Positions 62,600 through 64,000 of a stretch of 64,000 nucleotides of DNA are shown here, piece after piece. The notes under the pieces are model-generated. The model saw only the letters and a list, made by a program, of their open reading frames with translations, searched no databases and was not told the DNA's origin. Both the position numbers and the translations under genes were made by a program. Positions within the stretch are counted from its first letter, which is position 1; every line of letters starts with the position of its first letter. The stretch is from Camelus ferus (lineage: Eukaryota). Location: NCBI RefSeq assembly GCF_009834535.1, contig NC_045696.1, positions 47,184,001-47,248,000 on the forward strand. Direction: 5' to 3'.

Positions 62600-62800
62600 A
62601 TAATAATGCACTGTGTTTGTTTTTCACATTTATTGTCTTCTTTGATCCTCATGGAGGAAGGTAAGCAGAGCAAGCATATGGTCTCATCCGAAAGACGAGG
62701 AAATTGAGGCTCAGCAAGGTGAAGTGCTTTGCTCTAATTAGACAGCTAGAAAGGATCAAGGACAGGTACTCTGAACCCCAGACTACTCGCCAAATGCTCG
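62600..62800. mobile_element. MIR relic
   Basis: gaggaaattgaggctcagcaaggtgaagtgctttgc MIR core. Confidence 0.65.
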
Positions 62801-64000
62801 TATCACACTTATTCCATTGCGCCTGAGTTCAAAAAAGCAAACTCTATTATCTACTAGCCCAGAGGGATGAAAAACTCCTGCTGACTCTCTTCTTTGCGCT
62901 GCCAGTGCATTTCTGTGAGGAAGGATTGTTGGACCAAAAAAAAAATTAAATAAATAAATAAAAATAAAACTTATGGAGATTGTTATATTTTAAGTAATTA
63001 TTTGCAGTGCTGATTCCACTAAACGTCTCACCCAGTCCTCTTCAGTGTTTTGGCATTTTGACTTTCTCCCTGGCACCACTCTGATCTGATCCTTCATCAT
63101 CCAACTGCCTGTTACAAGCTTCTACATGACCAGTTCTGACCTCAAGGAGAGTTCTGTTACTGTGTTTGATTTGATGGATCATAATTAGCAACTCTAAAAT
63201 CCAATCACAGTAATGAAATCCAATGACTAGAAACTGGGAACTGATCCAGGACTGGTCTATGATGGAAACATAATGTCCTACCTAACAGGCTTGAGTTATA
63301 ATTGGTTACATTATAGTCCATTATTGACTGATTTGGGTACTAGAACAACTCTCAGGCAGGGTTCCTGTTGAGTAATTTTGGAATTGAGATGTATAGGTGG
63401 CTTGGTGCTGGAATACACTGTGTATCTGACTCTAAATCTCCAGTAAGCTGAAATTCAGAAGATGGCCATGTAGCCCAGACACATAAAGAAGGAGAGAAAC
63501 ATGCAACATTTATTGAGAGATTTTAATCTAGTACTCAGCCTTTATCTTATGGGTAAATCGTCATTAAACCTTGTCCTTGCCTGTAACTACCAAGAAATTA
63601 TTCCTCAGGTGAGCAAGTCTCCCAATTATCTTTTGGTTAGTGTTGGGTCGGTGACCCTCCTGACCTAGAGGACAGCCAGAGGGCAAAGTTTCAACATCCA
63701 GAAATCCTGAAGAGGGCCAAGGACAACTTCTGTTTCTCCTGCCTTCCTGAAGTCTTTTCCTTTATTTTTCCTTCCAGTGAATCAACAACCGCCACCCCCG
63801 ACCAAGCCCTGCCGCCTGTCTAAGCCCCCTCTCTCTACTATGGTATTCACCTGATACAAAGAGGTTTCTGAGAAAGGCTTTAACTGGGGTCACACGTGGG
63901 GGTGTCTGTATTGTCATATTGCTTCCCTGAGGAGAGAACCTGTCTCAGGGCCAAGTGAGTAGGGCCTGGGCTGCCTCCCAGCCCTCCTCTTCCTTACAAA

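Noticed and set aside
60242..64000. MYH15 start-codon exon or promoter
   Set aside because: I found no segment encoding the expected N-terminal peptide; it probably lies beyond position 64000

Overview
Mammalian genomic DNA, AT-rich and repeat-rich. It is probably a camelid: the L1 3' ends are artiodactyl-type and I saw no ruminant, pig or cetacean SINEs. The window lies inside a sarcomeric myosin heavy chain gene on the minus strand, best identified as MYH15. I traced 19 consecutive GT-AG coding exons (60241 down to 879; 2,174 nt), spanning the SH3-like domain, motor domain and converter. All exon phases are compatible, with no stop or frameshift. The start-codon exon and the lever/rod exons lie outside the window. 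The introns contain a young but inactivated 5'-truncated L1 (16317-21604) and many older L1, L2, MIR, LTR and DNA-transposon relics. Most notable: (1) the young L1 is flanked by a 104-bp direct repeat, an exceptionally long apparent target-site duplication; (2) the myosin frame is open but has radical substitutions at near-invariant myosin-II positions, and in one exon they are mostly A/T->G/C, suggesting GC-biased gene conversion and/or relaxed selection; (3) a Mutator-family (Ricksha-like) transposon with long TIRs and a readable transposase remnant is nested in an old L1; (4) the L1 inter-ORF spacer has a splice-acceptor-like tract followed by a strong-Kozak 75-codon ORF overlapping the ORF2 start. 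Repeat family names and reference-myosin comparisons are from memory, not from a database search.
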